Origin: Candidatus Altiarchaeota archaeon
GTDB taxonomy: Archaea > Altiarchaeota > Altiarchaeia > IMC4 > SCGC-AAA252-I15
Direction of reading: 5' to 3'
DNA length: 64,000 nt
NCBI GenBank assembly: GCA_043800255.1
Contig: JAZDNF010000003.1
Location: 32,001 to 96,000, forward strand
The notes under the pieces are model-generated. The model made no database searches. It saw nothing but the letters and a program-made list of their open reading frames with translations, and was not told where the DNA came from. A program made the position numbers and the translations under genes. This document shows, in pieces, positions 27,274-35,807 of the stretch; the stretch's first letter is position 1; every line of letters starts with the position of its first letter.

Positions 27274-29044
27274 TCTGGGGATGATAGCAGCGGCAGGATT
27301 GGTGAAAGCTGAGGAATCCTCAGGCTCCATCATGCAGTCCATCATGAACGCCATCATGGTGATACTCACTCCGTTGGTGAAATGGGGCTTCGACTTCATC
27401 GTCTGGATGATATCGATAAACCCGACAGTGTACTGCATGCCGAGCGAGATTGCGGCAGGGTGCAAGGTAAGCTTCGGCTTCGACAGGTTCTTCCCCTACT
27501 TCTTCGACCTCCTCATACCATTGTACATCGTAGCCTTCATGTTCACTGCGATATACTTCATAACTAAGACGACGAACGCCAGAAGCAGGGCCAGGGCAAA
27601 GGCGATGCTCTCGAAGCTGATACTCGGCATCATAATCATAGGCATGTCCCCCCTCATATACCAGGTCATGTTGGACATATCCGGGGGGCTGGTTAACTTC
27701 ATATACGAGAGTTCAGGCTTGGTGAACTTCGAAGACCTTAAGCAGAATGCGACAGCAGGCGGCGCACTCGCAGCATTGGCGGCCATAATCCTGACCTACC
27801 TGATAATAATCCCGGCGATAGCGATAGTAGCCTGCATCAGATACTTTATGGTGGTCACATTCGCCCTCGTATTCCCCCTCCTCCTGTTCTTGTACTTCTT
27901 CGACCTCACGAGAGGCTTCGGCAGAAAATGGCTGCGCCATGCGGTGGGGTGGATAATGGTGCCCCCGCTGCAGGCCCTCTTCCTTGTTCTCACCGTAGCG
28001 TCCATTGACAGCATAGGCCCGACATTGGACGGGACCCTCGGCTTCGCGCTAGTCGGGCCTCTCGTCGGGTTCTTCATGACAATAGCAGGCCTCCTGATGG
28101 TAGGGCTCGCGCCGCTGATGATAAACCATCTTATGAGCCTAGTCGGAGGCGGAGTCGTTGCAGTGGGGCTGGCGAGCAACACGCCATGGATTGCGGGAGT
28201 TGGAGGAGTCCTTGAAGGCAGAGGCAGCAAGGCGATGAACCTCACAAAATCTGTTCTAACAAGAGGCAGCCCGGCTGGCACAGGATTCTATGCGGCAATC
28301 AAAGGCGCGTCCGGAATCTACGGGGAAACAAGCGCTGGCGTGTCAGGCTTCGGCGCCTTAGGCGGGAAACGCAGGATAAGCCCGGATGGAGTGCAGGAGA
28401 CAAGACCAGTAGACCAGGGGACGATCGCCGAGCGGGGAGTGACTCCCAGCCGCAAGGAGATAGAGGAGACCGTCTCAAAGGAGGTTGATGCTGCGAAAAC
28501 CGGGGTCACGGCTGGAAGCGGGACCGTAACAACAGCAAGACGGTCTGATGAAGGCAAAACCAGCACAGGCAAAATACAGGTTGGAGGCGAGTGGATGAAC
28601 CCCAACATACAGGAGATGATAGCGATGGAAAGGTCGAGGCTGCAGCGCGCCGGAGAGACCCTGCCGGAGACGATAAAGGAAAGCTTCAAGGAGGAGCGTG
28701 AATACCACAGCAAACTCCAGGAAAGACTGAAAGCTATCAAAGCAGGCGGCGTCGAGACCGAGATTGCCGCGGACAAGACCCAACTCGAAAGGATGAGAGG
28801 AGCCGCAAAGGTTACAAAAGCAAGAGCCAAACAGAAGGCAGACTTAGACTTCGAACGCGCCAAGAAGGAGGTTGAAGGAGCGATAGAGGAGGACAAACAG
28901 AAGGAGGGCGCGGAGAAAGCCAGGAAAAGATCGAAGAAGGCTGTGGAAAAAACAATCAAGAAAGCGGTAGAGAATGAAGTGAGAAGGCAAACAAAAGCCG
29001 TCAAAACCGAGACGCAGAAGAGTAAAAAGGAGGGCGCAGAGTGA
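27254..29044 (+). CDS. Second VirB6/TrbL-like membrane protein with a charged coiled-coil tail
   Basis: TNARSRARAK and FLYFFDLTRGFG are shared with 21507-26756; about 7 TMs; K/E-rich C-terminus. Confidence 0.65.
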   Translation: MKKKLVSLGMIAAAGLVKAEESSGSIMQSIMNAIMVILTPLVKWGFDFIVWMISINPTVYCMPSEIAAGCKVSFGFDRFFPYFFDLLIPLYIVAFMFTAIYFITKTTNARSRARAKAMLSKLILGIIIIGMSPLIYQVMLDISGGLVNFIYESSGLVNFEDLKQNATAGGALAALAAIILTYLIIIPAIAIVACIRYFMVVTFALVFPLLLFLYFFDLTRGFGRKWLRHAVGWIMVPPLQALFLVLTVASIDSIGPTLDGTLGFALVGPLVGFFMTIAGLLMVGLAPLMINHLMSLVGGGVVAVGLASNTPWIAGVGGVLEGRGSKAMNLTKSVLTRGSPAGTGFYAAIKGASGIYGETSAGVSGFGALGGKRRISPDGVQETRPVDQGTIAERGVTPSRKEIEETVSKEVDAAKTGVTAGSGTVTTARRSDEGKTSTGKIQVGGEWMNPNIQEMIAMERSRLQRAGETLPETIKESFKEEREYHSKLQERLKAIKAGGVETEIAADKTQLERMRGAAKVTKARAKQKADLDFERAKKEVEGAIEEDKQKEGAEKARKRSKKAVEKTIKKAVENEVRRQTKAVKTETQKSKKEGAE

Positions 29045-30105
29045 GGGACAAGCAGAAGGAGAAGGAAGACGACAAAGAGCTCATAGGCCTCATAAAAAAA
29101 GGCTCGCAGATAAAGGCGCCTGAACAGGTGTGGCAGACGAAAGTCAGGAGAATAGACGCCTTCGGCGACTTCACGCAAGCATCACAGGAGAGCGGCGAAC
29201 CGTACACGGTCTCGGACGCGATGAAATCGGCCGAAAACTTGGTCAAAGAGCACGGCCTGAAACCCAACCAGGAGGTCACCATCATAACAGAGGACAAAGG
29301 CAAGAAAGTAGAGAAGAAGATGACATTAGAGCGCATGTCCAGCCTACGCAAAGGAGACAGCCTCTACAAGAAACTCAAAAAAGACGGCGGATGGGTGAAA
29401 TTCGGAGACGAAGGCCCGGACAAGGAAACAGTCAAAGCCGTCGTGGGAGGAACCCTCCTCAAAGCAGCAGGCATAATAGCGGAAAAAGTCGAGGAGGGCG
29501 AAATACCAGACTCCCAGAAGAAGAAGGCAGCTGAAGTGGTGGCAAAATGCATAAGAGAATGGGACAGCATACAAGACCAGGGACTGGACCAGACACGAGC
29601 AACAGAAGCCTTCGGCGCCCTCGGAATGACAGGAGGAAGCCCGGGCGGCGGAATCTACCAGCCCTTCTCACGCTACACCGTCGGAATACCCTGGGACTAC
29701 ATCGACACCCAAAGCAGGATAATGGCAGCCTGGTGGTTCGACAACGTCAAATGGAGAAGCCAATACTCGATAGTCGGAAAATACGTCTCACTGCCCTGGG
29801 CGATAACAAAATACGGCAAAAAAAACAAAAAGAAGAAAAAAAAATGGAAGAAAAAGGTCAGAAAATTCGAAAAAATGTTCGACCTATTCTACATCAACAT
29901 AGAAGACGTATTCGACCTCGACAACCTAAGCATATGGGACATATTCGAACTCGAAGACTACGGAAAAACAAAACCCACAGGAAAACAATACGAATCCATA
30001 AAAAAACTCATGAAAGAACAAGGCTACTTCAAAGAACAAGAAGCCATCAAAGCAGCAGAAATAACCAGAACACCCCAAACAAGCGACATATTCAAAAAAC
30101 CCTAA
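29041..30105 (+). CDS. Hypothetical protein with a poly-Lys tract
   Basis: GTG start overlaps the upstream stop after a GGAGG SD; KKNKKKKKKWKKKVRK. Confidence 0.6.
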   Translation: MRDKQKEKEDDKELIGLIKKGSQIKAPEQVWQTKVRRIDAFGDFTQASQESGEPYTVSDAMKSAENLVKEHGLKPNQEVTIITEDKGKKVEKKMTLERMSSLRKGDSLYKKLKKDGGWVKFGDEGPDKETVKAVVGGTLLKAAGIIAEKVEEGEIPDSQKKKAAEVVAKCIREWDSIQDQGLDQTRATEAFGALGMTGGSPGGGIYQPFSRYTVGIPWDYIDTQSRIMAAWWFDNVKWRSQYSIVGKYVSLPWAITKYGKKNKKKKKKWKKKVRKFEKMFDLFYINIEDVFDLDNLSIWDIFELEDYGKTKPTGKQYESIKKLMKEQGYFKEQEAIKAAEITRTPQTSDIFKKP

Positions 30106-31154
30106 GAGGGCACCGTAATACCCAACCGATTACTAATGTGCTCAAAAACCATCCGCCGGGATGCACAATAATAATCTCGGGTATAGATAGACCCATGCAC
30201 CTTAAACGCATTATAGGTGCAACCCCCATTACATAATTCTTTCCACTTGCAGCCTAGGCAATCTGCTATCCTGTTTCTCGCAAATTTTGGATACGATTCA
30301 ACCAGAATTTCTTTTAGACTCCTATCAGATATATTTCCTAATTGCATTGACTTCTCATTAGCAAACGTATCGCAAGGGTAGACATTCCCAAAAACGTCAA
30401 TATGTATGAGCCGGTCCAGACAATTTCCTATGCTCCAACACCCACTAGTTTTATTACTGGTAACAGCATAGGAATATTCCATAAGCGTTTTTATTCTGAT
30501 TTTATCGAATTGAGGATACCACAAATCGAACAGCTCTGTGAGAGCTATGCCATACTCTTGGGGGGTTATAGCAAGAGAGTTATCAGGGGGGTAAGGGCGG
30601 ATAGGATTTAACCTAAAGCCGAGATTAATGCTCTTAAAGAAGTTGAGTATCCGGGGTATTTTATTCAAACCTATGCGTGTTAGAATACAGATACATCCGA
30701 ATCGAACGTTATGCTCTCTAAGAATTTTAACTGAGTTCATTATATCGTCATGCGTTCCACCTCCATCACAATAGACTCTTTGAGAATCATGGATGTCTTT
30801 TGGACCATCAATACTCAGACCCAAACCGATATTATTATCTTTAATGAATTTGACGGTCTGTTCATCAATCAATGTTCCATTAGTCTGAATCTTTATTTTC
30901 ATCTCGAGTTTATCCTTGAACATTCTTTTTAGGTCCATTACTTCTTCTAAAAACGGAATCTCCTCGATAAAGGGCTCTCCGCCAAAGTATTGGAATGTGA
31001 CCTTCTTTTTCCCCAATGATATTACCTCCTCAAGTATCTTGTTTAATGTATCCAGATCTATCGTGATGTCACCTTTCTCATAAAAACAATATTTGCACGA
31101 AAGATTGCACTTCCGCGTTAGCTCAACTATCACTCCCGCATTTTTTGGGATCAT
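30102..31154 (-). CDS. Radical SAM/SPASM domain protein (anSME-like/peptide maturase)
   Basis: CNLSCKYC, GGEP, QTNGTL, SIDGP; SPASM Cys set GCWSIGNC...YPC...CLGCKWKELCNGGC...DYYC. Confidence 0.92.
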   Translation of the reverse strand: MIPKNAGVIVELTRKCNLSCKYCFYEKGDITIDLDTLNKILEEVISLGKKKVTFQYFGGEPFIEEIPFLEEVMDLKRMFKDKLEMKIKIQTNGTLIDEQTVKFIKDNNIGLGLSIDGPKDIHDSQRVYCDGGGTHDDIMNSVKILREHNVRFGCICILTRIGLNKIPRILNFFKSINLGFRLNPIRPYPPDNSLAITPQEYGIALTELFDLWYPQFDKIRIKTLMEYSYAVTSNKTSGCWSIGNCLDRLIHIDVFGNVYPCDTFANEKSMQLGNISDRSLKEILVESYPKFARNRIADCLGCKWKELCNGGCTYNAFKVHGSIYTRDYYCASRRMVFEHISNRLGITVPS

Positions 31155-31155
31155 T

Positions 31156-32247
31156 TTAATTGGATGATGTCTGGACTCCTAGTTTCTTTGCGATATGGTC
31201 GAAGAGACTCGTGTATCCTTCACAATAATAGTCGGGGTGGGATATTGAACCCTGGTACAGAAACGCATTACGCATGCAACCACCCTGACAAACGCGAAGC
31301 CAAGTGCAATCATAACATTTCACCATTTCGCTCTGTTCTTTGTAAAATGCCAAAAATTTCTTGGAATTTATGATGTCAGGATAAGATTGTTCGTTTATAT
31401 TGCCTATGCAAAATGCATTATCTTTCATCTGCCGGTTACATGCAAAAACATCCCCGTCCCATCTTATTCTGAAATATTTACGATGACAATTATGCATTGA
31501 CATCGACTTTCCCTGTGGGGAGGCTAACATATTTTTTATAATCTTTTTGAACGTTGTTATTGTGATTTCATGGGAACTGTCAGAGTACCATAAGTCGAAT
31601 AGACTAACAAATGATTTTCCCAAGTCCGCCGGCGTTAATCTCAGTTTCTCTTGCCCACAACCATAACCAAGAGGGTATATTTTAAAATTGATTTGATTTT
31701 CCCTGAAGAAGTAATAGAGATCCTGAACAGCATTACCATTAATTTTGCTTAGGACACACACTGCCCTTAATTTCATCTCACGCTCGCGCATAAGTTCAAC
31801 CGCCCTCATCGTATTATCAAATGAACCACTGCCATCCGCATATTTTCGTGTGCTATCATGAATTTCTTTTGGCCCGTCTATGCTCAAATAGATTTTAAAG
31901 TTGTTTTCTTGGAACAAATCCAACCAATCCTCGTCTAACAATGTGCCATTTGTCACAACAATGTTTTGTATATTGCGACCATCAGAAAACTTTTTTTCGA
32001 GTTTTAGTGCAGTTTCAAAAAATTTTTTACCAGCTAATAATGGTTCGCCCCCAATCCACTTAAAAGTCACATCATCAAATGCTATTGAGAACGCTTCTGA
32101 GATTGACTTCTGCAGTGTTTTATGACCCATCAAATTTTTTCCGGAGGATATGTAACAGTAATCGCAAGATAGGTTACATTTATCAGTAACGGTTAAAACA
32201 AAATAACTTGGAAATTCACAAGCCTCAACATCCATACGCCATTTCAC
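31156..32247 (-). CDS. Radical SAM/SPASM domain protein (anSME-like/peptide maturase)
   Basis: CNLSCDYC, GGEPL, TNGTLL, SIDGP; SPASM NC...FAC...CYDCTWLRVCQGGC...DYYC. Confidence 0.92.
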   Translation of the reverse strand: MKWRMDVEACEFPSYFVLTVTDKCNLSCDYCYISSGKNLMGHKTLQKSISEAFSIAFDDVTFKWIGGEPLLAGKKFFETALKLEKKFSDGRNIQNIVVTNGTLLDEDWLDLFQENNFKIYLSIDGPKEIHDSTRKYADGSGSFDNTMRAVELMREREMKLRAVCVLSKINGNAVQDLYYFFRENQINFKIYPLGYGCGQEKLRLTPADLGKSFVSLFDLWYSDSSHEITITTFKKIIKNMLASPQGKSMSMHNCHRKYFRIRWDGDVFACNRQMKDNAFCIGNINEQSYPDIINSKKFLAFYKEQSEMVKCYDCTWLRVCQGGCMRNAFLYQGSISHPDYYCEGYTSLFDHIAKKLGVQTSSN

Positions 32248-32250
32248 AAC

Positions 32251-33756
32251 CTATGCCTCACAAGGATCAAAACGCTCATCAGAACGATTATCCCAATGAT
32301 GATCACTATTATCCCAATCAAACCAATGATAATCATGATTATCCCAATTATCCCAATTATCCCAATTATCCCTCCAGTAATCCGCCCGCTCCCGAAGTCG
32401 CTTCGCTAGTTCCTCATCCTTTAGCTTATCTTCTGCGATTGTGGCAGCTTTCTCACATTCCTCTATATTGTGAATTCCTTTTTCAGCAACGTCAACCGCT
32501 CTACCCCAAAGATCAGCAGCTCGCGTCTGGTCTCCTAATTTATCAGCAGCAACAGACCCTGTGTGAGCTAGAACCTCAAAATTGTGACTGTTATACACTA
32601 CAGCAACATTGATAGCACGAGACCACCACTTTTTAGCACTCTCAACATCACCAACACGCTCAAAACGATCACCAACACCAACAACACCACCCCAATCAGA
32701 CTTCACAGAATAACCCCCAACAGCACGAGACCACAACTTTTTAGCAGTGGCCCTATCACCTACATCCTCAAAACGATCACCAACACCAACAACACCACCC
32801 CAATCAGACTTCACAGAAAATGCCTCGGCAGATTCAGACCACAAACGCTTAGCCGCTACAACATCACCAACACGCTCAAAACGATCACCAACACCAACAA
32901 CACCCTCCCAATCAGACTTCACAGAATAACCCTCAACAGCACGAGACCACAAACGCTTAGCACCCTCAACATCACCGCAATTACGACATTCATCTCCCCT
33001 TCGTTGGGTAGTAAACTCGTTCAACCGTTCGACTTCCGAACGATCTGGTATCGGAGGTGGTTCGGCGAAGTTGCAGCCGGTCAATTTCTTGTATCTGTCA
33101 TTGGCTTTGGTGTGCGTTGGGTCGCGTTCGATTTCGGCACTATAACAGCGAACCGCCTTTTTTTCGTCACCTAAGAGTTCGAATGTGTAACCCTGACAGA
33201 AATTCGAATTGGGATGGTTGGGTTCTAACTTTAACGCCTCCCCAAAACAATCTTTCGCCCTGCCTAAACAATCCGACTCATCAGTATGATCCCACAACCG
33301 TAATAGATTAACACCCCGGTTATGCCAGATTTTAGGAACCTTAGAATCCAACTTCAAAGCATCACCATAAAGCTCATCCGCCCCCCGATATTTATTGACT
33401 ACCACACTCACATCAGCGCCCGCCTTCGAAAGACTACGACCCTCAAGAGACAACTGCCGCGCCTCCCCAGCAAGCTGCTCAGCCTTAAGCCTGTTAACGT
33501 CTCCAACAGCGCCGGTCTCATCAGAAAGAACCCTTAAACGGGAATGCGAAGGCTTAACGCCCAAGAACTCCAGAAACTTCCGCCTATGCTGCTCCTCCCT
33601 AGCTCCTGCAGACAGCTCCTCGATGGGGGATTCAATGTCTTCAACAGGCTGGATCCTGCTCTCCCGCCCAAGCTGACCCTGCTTGATAGGAGGGATACCC
33701 TCAAACTGCCCCTCCCTAGAACCCACACCCCCGACCTGGGACTTGCGCTTCTGCAT
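32251..33756 (-). CDS. TPR/36-aa helical repeat protein with C-terminal WDN-repeat tail (candidate RiPP-like substrate)
   Basis: TPRs (WHNRGVNL...ALKLEP). Start set at MQKRKS (33756) by identity with the paralog. Tail YWRDNWDNWDNWDNHDYHWFDWDNSDHHWDNRSDERFDPCEA. Confidence 0.75.
   Translation of the reverse strand: MQKRKSQVGGVGSREGQFEGIPPIKQGQLGRESRIQPVEDIESPIEELSAGAREEQHRRKFLEFLGVKPSHSRLRVLSDETGAVGDVNRLKAEQLAGEARQLSLEGRSLSKAGADVSVVVNKYRGADELYGDALKLDSKVPKIWHNRGVNLLRLWDHTDESDCLGRAKDCFGEALKLEPNHPNSNFCQGYTFELLGDEKKAVRCYSAEIERDPTHTKANDRYKKLTGCNFAEPPPIPDRSEVERLNEFTTQRRGDECRNCGDVEGAKRLWSRAVEGYSVKSDWEGVVGVGDRFERVGDVVAAKRLWSESAEAFSVKSDWGGVVGVGDRFEDVGDRATAKKLWSRAVGGYSVKSDWGGVVGVGDRFERVGDVESAKKWWSRAINVAVVYNSHNFEVLAHTGSVAADKLGDQTRAADLWGRAVDVAEKGIHNIEECEKAATIAEDKLKDEELAKRLRERADYWRDNWDNWDNWDNHDYHWFDWDNSDHHWDNRSDERFDPCEA
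32287..32373 (-). repeat. 9-nt TGGGATAAT (Trp-Asp-Asn) units
   Basis: ATTATCCCA on the plus strand at 32287, 32308, 32338, 32347 and 32356; variant ATTATCCCT at 32365. Confidence 0.9.
32614..32961 (-). repeat. 108-bp tandem repeat (36 aa) x3, with a further copy at 34046-34177
   Basis: AGCACGAGACCAC at 32614, 32722 and 32938 and at 34046 and 34154; unit AKRLWSRAVxGYSVKSDWxGVVGVGDRFExVGD. Confidence 0.92.
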
Positions 33757-33786
33757 CAATAGTATAAGAACAACGGCAGAATAAAT
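33739..33786 (-). promoter_or_regulatory. Duplicated promoter plus start region (copy at 35495-35542)
   Basis: 35 bp identical GGACTTGCGCTTCTGCATCAATAGTATAAGAACAA; TTTATT box ~24 nt before each ATG (leaderless-type). Confidence 0.7.
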
Positions 33787-33901
33787 GCCCCCAAAACAAT
33801 AAAACCCATATCCCCACAATCAAAATAAACTACGTACAATCATCCGATCGCTCATACTCGTTCACATCGGATAAATCGGCCACATCTTCTTCCTCAATTC
33901 T

Positions 33902-35512
33902 TCATTCTGCTTCTTTCTCTCTTATAACAGCATTCATATACCTTTCGTATAAATTGTCTGCCTTTTCTGGCTTTCCAAGTTTTTGATAGGCATCAATGGC
34001 TGCCCTCAAATGTTCTGACAGATTAGATTTCTCACCTTCTCCAGCAGCACGAGACCACAACTTTTTAGCAGTGGCCCTATCACCTACATCCTCAAAACGA
34101 TCACCAACACCAACAACACCATCCCAATCAGACTTCTTAGAATAACCCCCAACAGCACGAGACCACAAACGCTTAGCTTGATTGGTGTCGTTTAATTCTT
34201 TCTCTGCGATATCCCCACAACGGCTTATCAAGGCAAAATCGTTTGTTTTCTCAACATTATTAAATGCTTTATTAAACTCCTTAGTAGCCCAACCAAGGAG
34301 AACATCCCTTTCACATTTAATGTCACTATGCGGCCAAAAAGGTTTTTGATTGCCAACTGCGGCAGCCTTATAGCGATACGCCCGCTTTAACCCATCCTCA
34401 ACACTTTCAATTTGCCGTCTACGATAGATATTTCGTAAACCAAAACCCAATCCAATTGAACCAAGTAAAGATGAAATAAGAATAAGATTGTTCTTTATAA
34501 AATCCTCAGGCATACTGAGGATGCTTTTACCGCTATCCACATCCTCTGTTGAGATATGTTTGGCTGCTGCAAGATGGCCTACGACTTTGCTCGTCGGAGA
34601 CCGTTCAAGTATAATTGTTCCTCTGGTTCCCTGACTCCGGTCATGAGGATAAGCCCGCAGGCGCCTGACATCCTGTTCCATCAGCGGCTTAATCTCCTTT
34701 ACCTTCCGGTTGTTAGGATCGAGCTTCAATGCGTTATCAAGACAAGGAAGACCCTTATCCGCTAATATGCTGCCAGCATCACCATGCCTTTTGTGGGTCA
34801 ATGCCAGATGCATCGCCATGAAATGCAACGCCTCAGCGTTGTTAAGCCACGCATCAACATTCGACGGATCCCTATCCAACGACTTCCACGTTTCCATCAT
34901 AGAACGGTCAAGCAACTTCGCGTCAGCCTCTGAAATGTCAACTCTAAGATTAGAAGAAGGCCGCACCAGCTTAACCCTAAGCGCATTAAGATCGTGCTTG
35001 TATGACTGCCTGAACAAGTTGAGCAGATGACTGCCCCTGTCAAAATGCTCGCCAGCGCTCTCGCCTGACCTCACATCAGGAGAATAAAAATCATGCTGAA
35101 ACTGCTTTATAGAGACGCCGTTAACAGACTTGACGTCACCGGTATCAGCGATGAAAGACTTCCCATTCTCGTCAAGGAATATCATACCCTCACGAGGATT
35201 CACACTCAATATGGTGCACTCAATCTTAGAATTCGCAGAATCGTTGAACTTTACAGACTCCGCACTGGCTCGACTGGGTATCCCAACAGCCAAAGCAAGC
35301 GTAAGGCCAGCCGCAACAACCGCAGTCCTCAAACCCAACGAAAGACCATGATGCCGTCTCCCAGACCCCTCAACAGCCTGAAATCCACCGTCCGCAGACT
35401 TAACACCTAAGAACTCCAGGAACTTCCGCCTGTGCTCATCCTCCTTGATGTCAGGAAGCTCAACACCGCCATCAGAACGGACACCCCCAGCATTGGACTT
35501 GCGCTTCTGCAT
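33902..35512 (-). CDS. Membrane-anchored TPR/helical repeat protein, paralog of 32251-33756
   Basis: MQKRKS...EHRRKFLEFLGVK N-terminus, hydrophobic segment ending ASA, TPRs, second TM, one 36-aa repeat. Confidence 0.75.
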   Translation of the reverse strand: MQKRKSNAGGVRSDGGVELPDIKEDEHRRKFLEFLGVKSADGGFQAVEGSGRRHHGLSLGLRTAVVAAGLTLALAVGIPSRASAESVKFNDSANSKIECTILSVNPREGMIFLDENGKSFIADTGDVKSVNGVSIKQFQHDFYSPDVRSGESAGEHFDRGSHLLNLFRQSYKHDLNALRVKLVRPSSNLRVDISEADAKLLDRSMMETWKSLDRDPSNVDAWLNNAEALHFMAMHLALTHKRHGDAGSILADKGLPCLDNALKLDPNNRKVKEIKPLMEQDVRRLRAYPHDRSQGTRGTIILERSPTSKVVGHLAAAKHISTEDVDSGKSILSMPEDFIKNNLILISSLLGSIGLGFGLRNIYRRRQIESVEDGLKRAYRYKAAAVGNQKPFWPHSDIKCERDVLLGWATKEFNKAFNNVEKTNDFALISRCGDIAEKELNDTNQAKRLWSRAVGGYSKKSDWDGVVGVGDRFEDVGDRATAKKLWSRAAGEGEKSNLSEHLRAAIDAYQKLGKPEKADNLYERYMNAVIREKEAE

Positions 35513-35807
35513 CAATAGTATAAGAACAAGGGCGGAATAAATAAGGTTTCTGGAGGATAGGATGGGATACTCGTTTTTTGGCGTGGTTTGCTGTCCGGGA
35601 TGGGAGGGCCTTTTGGCGGTTTTGGAGGTGCTAATAACTACTAATCACTACTAGATTAGTATTTAGAGTGAAGAGAGTCGGGGGATTAGATTCCGCAGCA
35701 GACTAAACGCTCTGGGTTAAGTGCGTGATTCGGGCGCGGACACAGCCCCACATGCGAACCGTATAGTGAAGGTTCTGGCTGTAAGGACAGTAGATGTCGG
35801 CTGGACA

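Noticed and set aside
29547-30236. 229-aa basic alternative-frame ORF, also 28318-29178 antisense
   Set aside because: Off-frame or antisense products of T-poor sequence overlapping better-supported genes.
32614-32961. Regularly spaced repeats resembling a CRISPR array
   Set aside because: The period is 108 bp with no unique spacers, in frame within a coding gene, and no cas genes are present.
32584-33174. Plus-strand Thr/Asn-rich ORF (196 aa) and 32208-32612
   Set aside because: Antisense shadows of the repeat protein, produced by the A/C-rich strand lacking stops.
33757-33819. Apparent hydrophobic signal peptide MWGYGFYC...VVLILL
   Set aside because: It is the translated promoter region duplicated upstream of the paralog; the real start is MQKRKS.
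33902-33904. Genome-wide TGA recoding
   Set aside because: TGA terminates many clearly complete genes here (e.g. tgtA, mvaA, tmk), so only a local event is possible.
35639-35661. Inverted repeat TACTAATC-n7-GATTAGTA
   Set aside because: A single short AT-rich palindrome with no second copy seen; cannot be supported as an operator.
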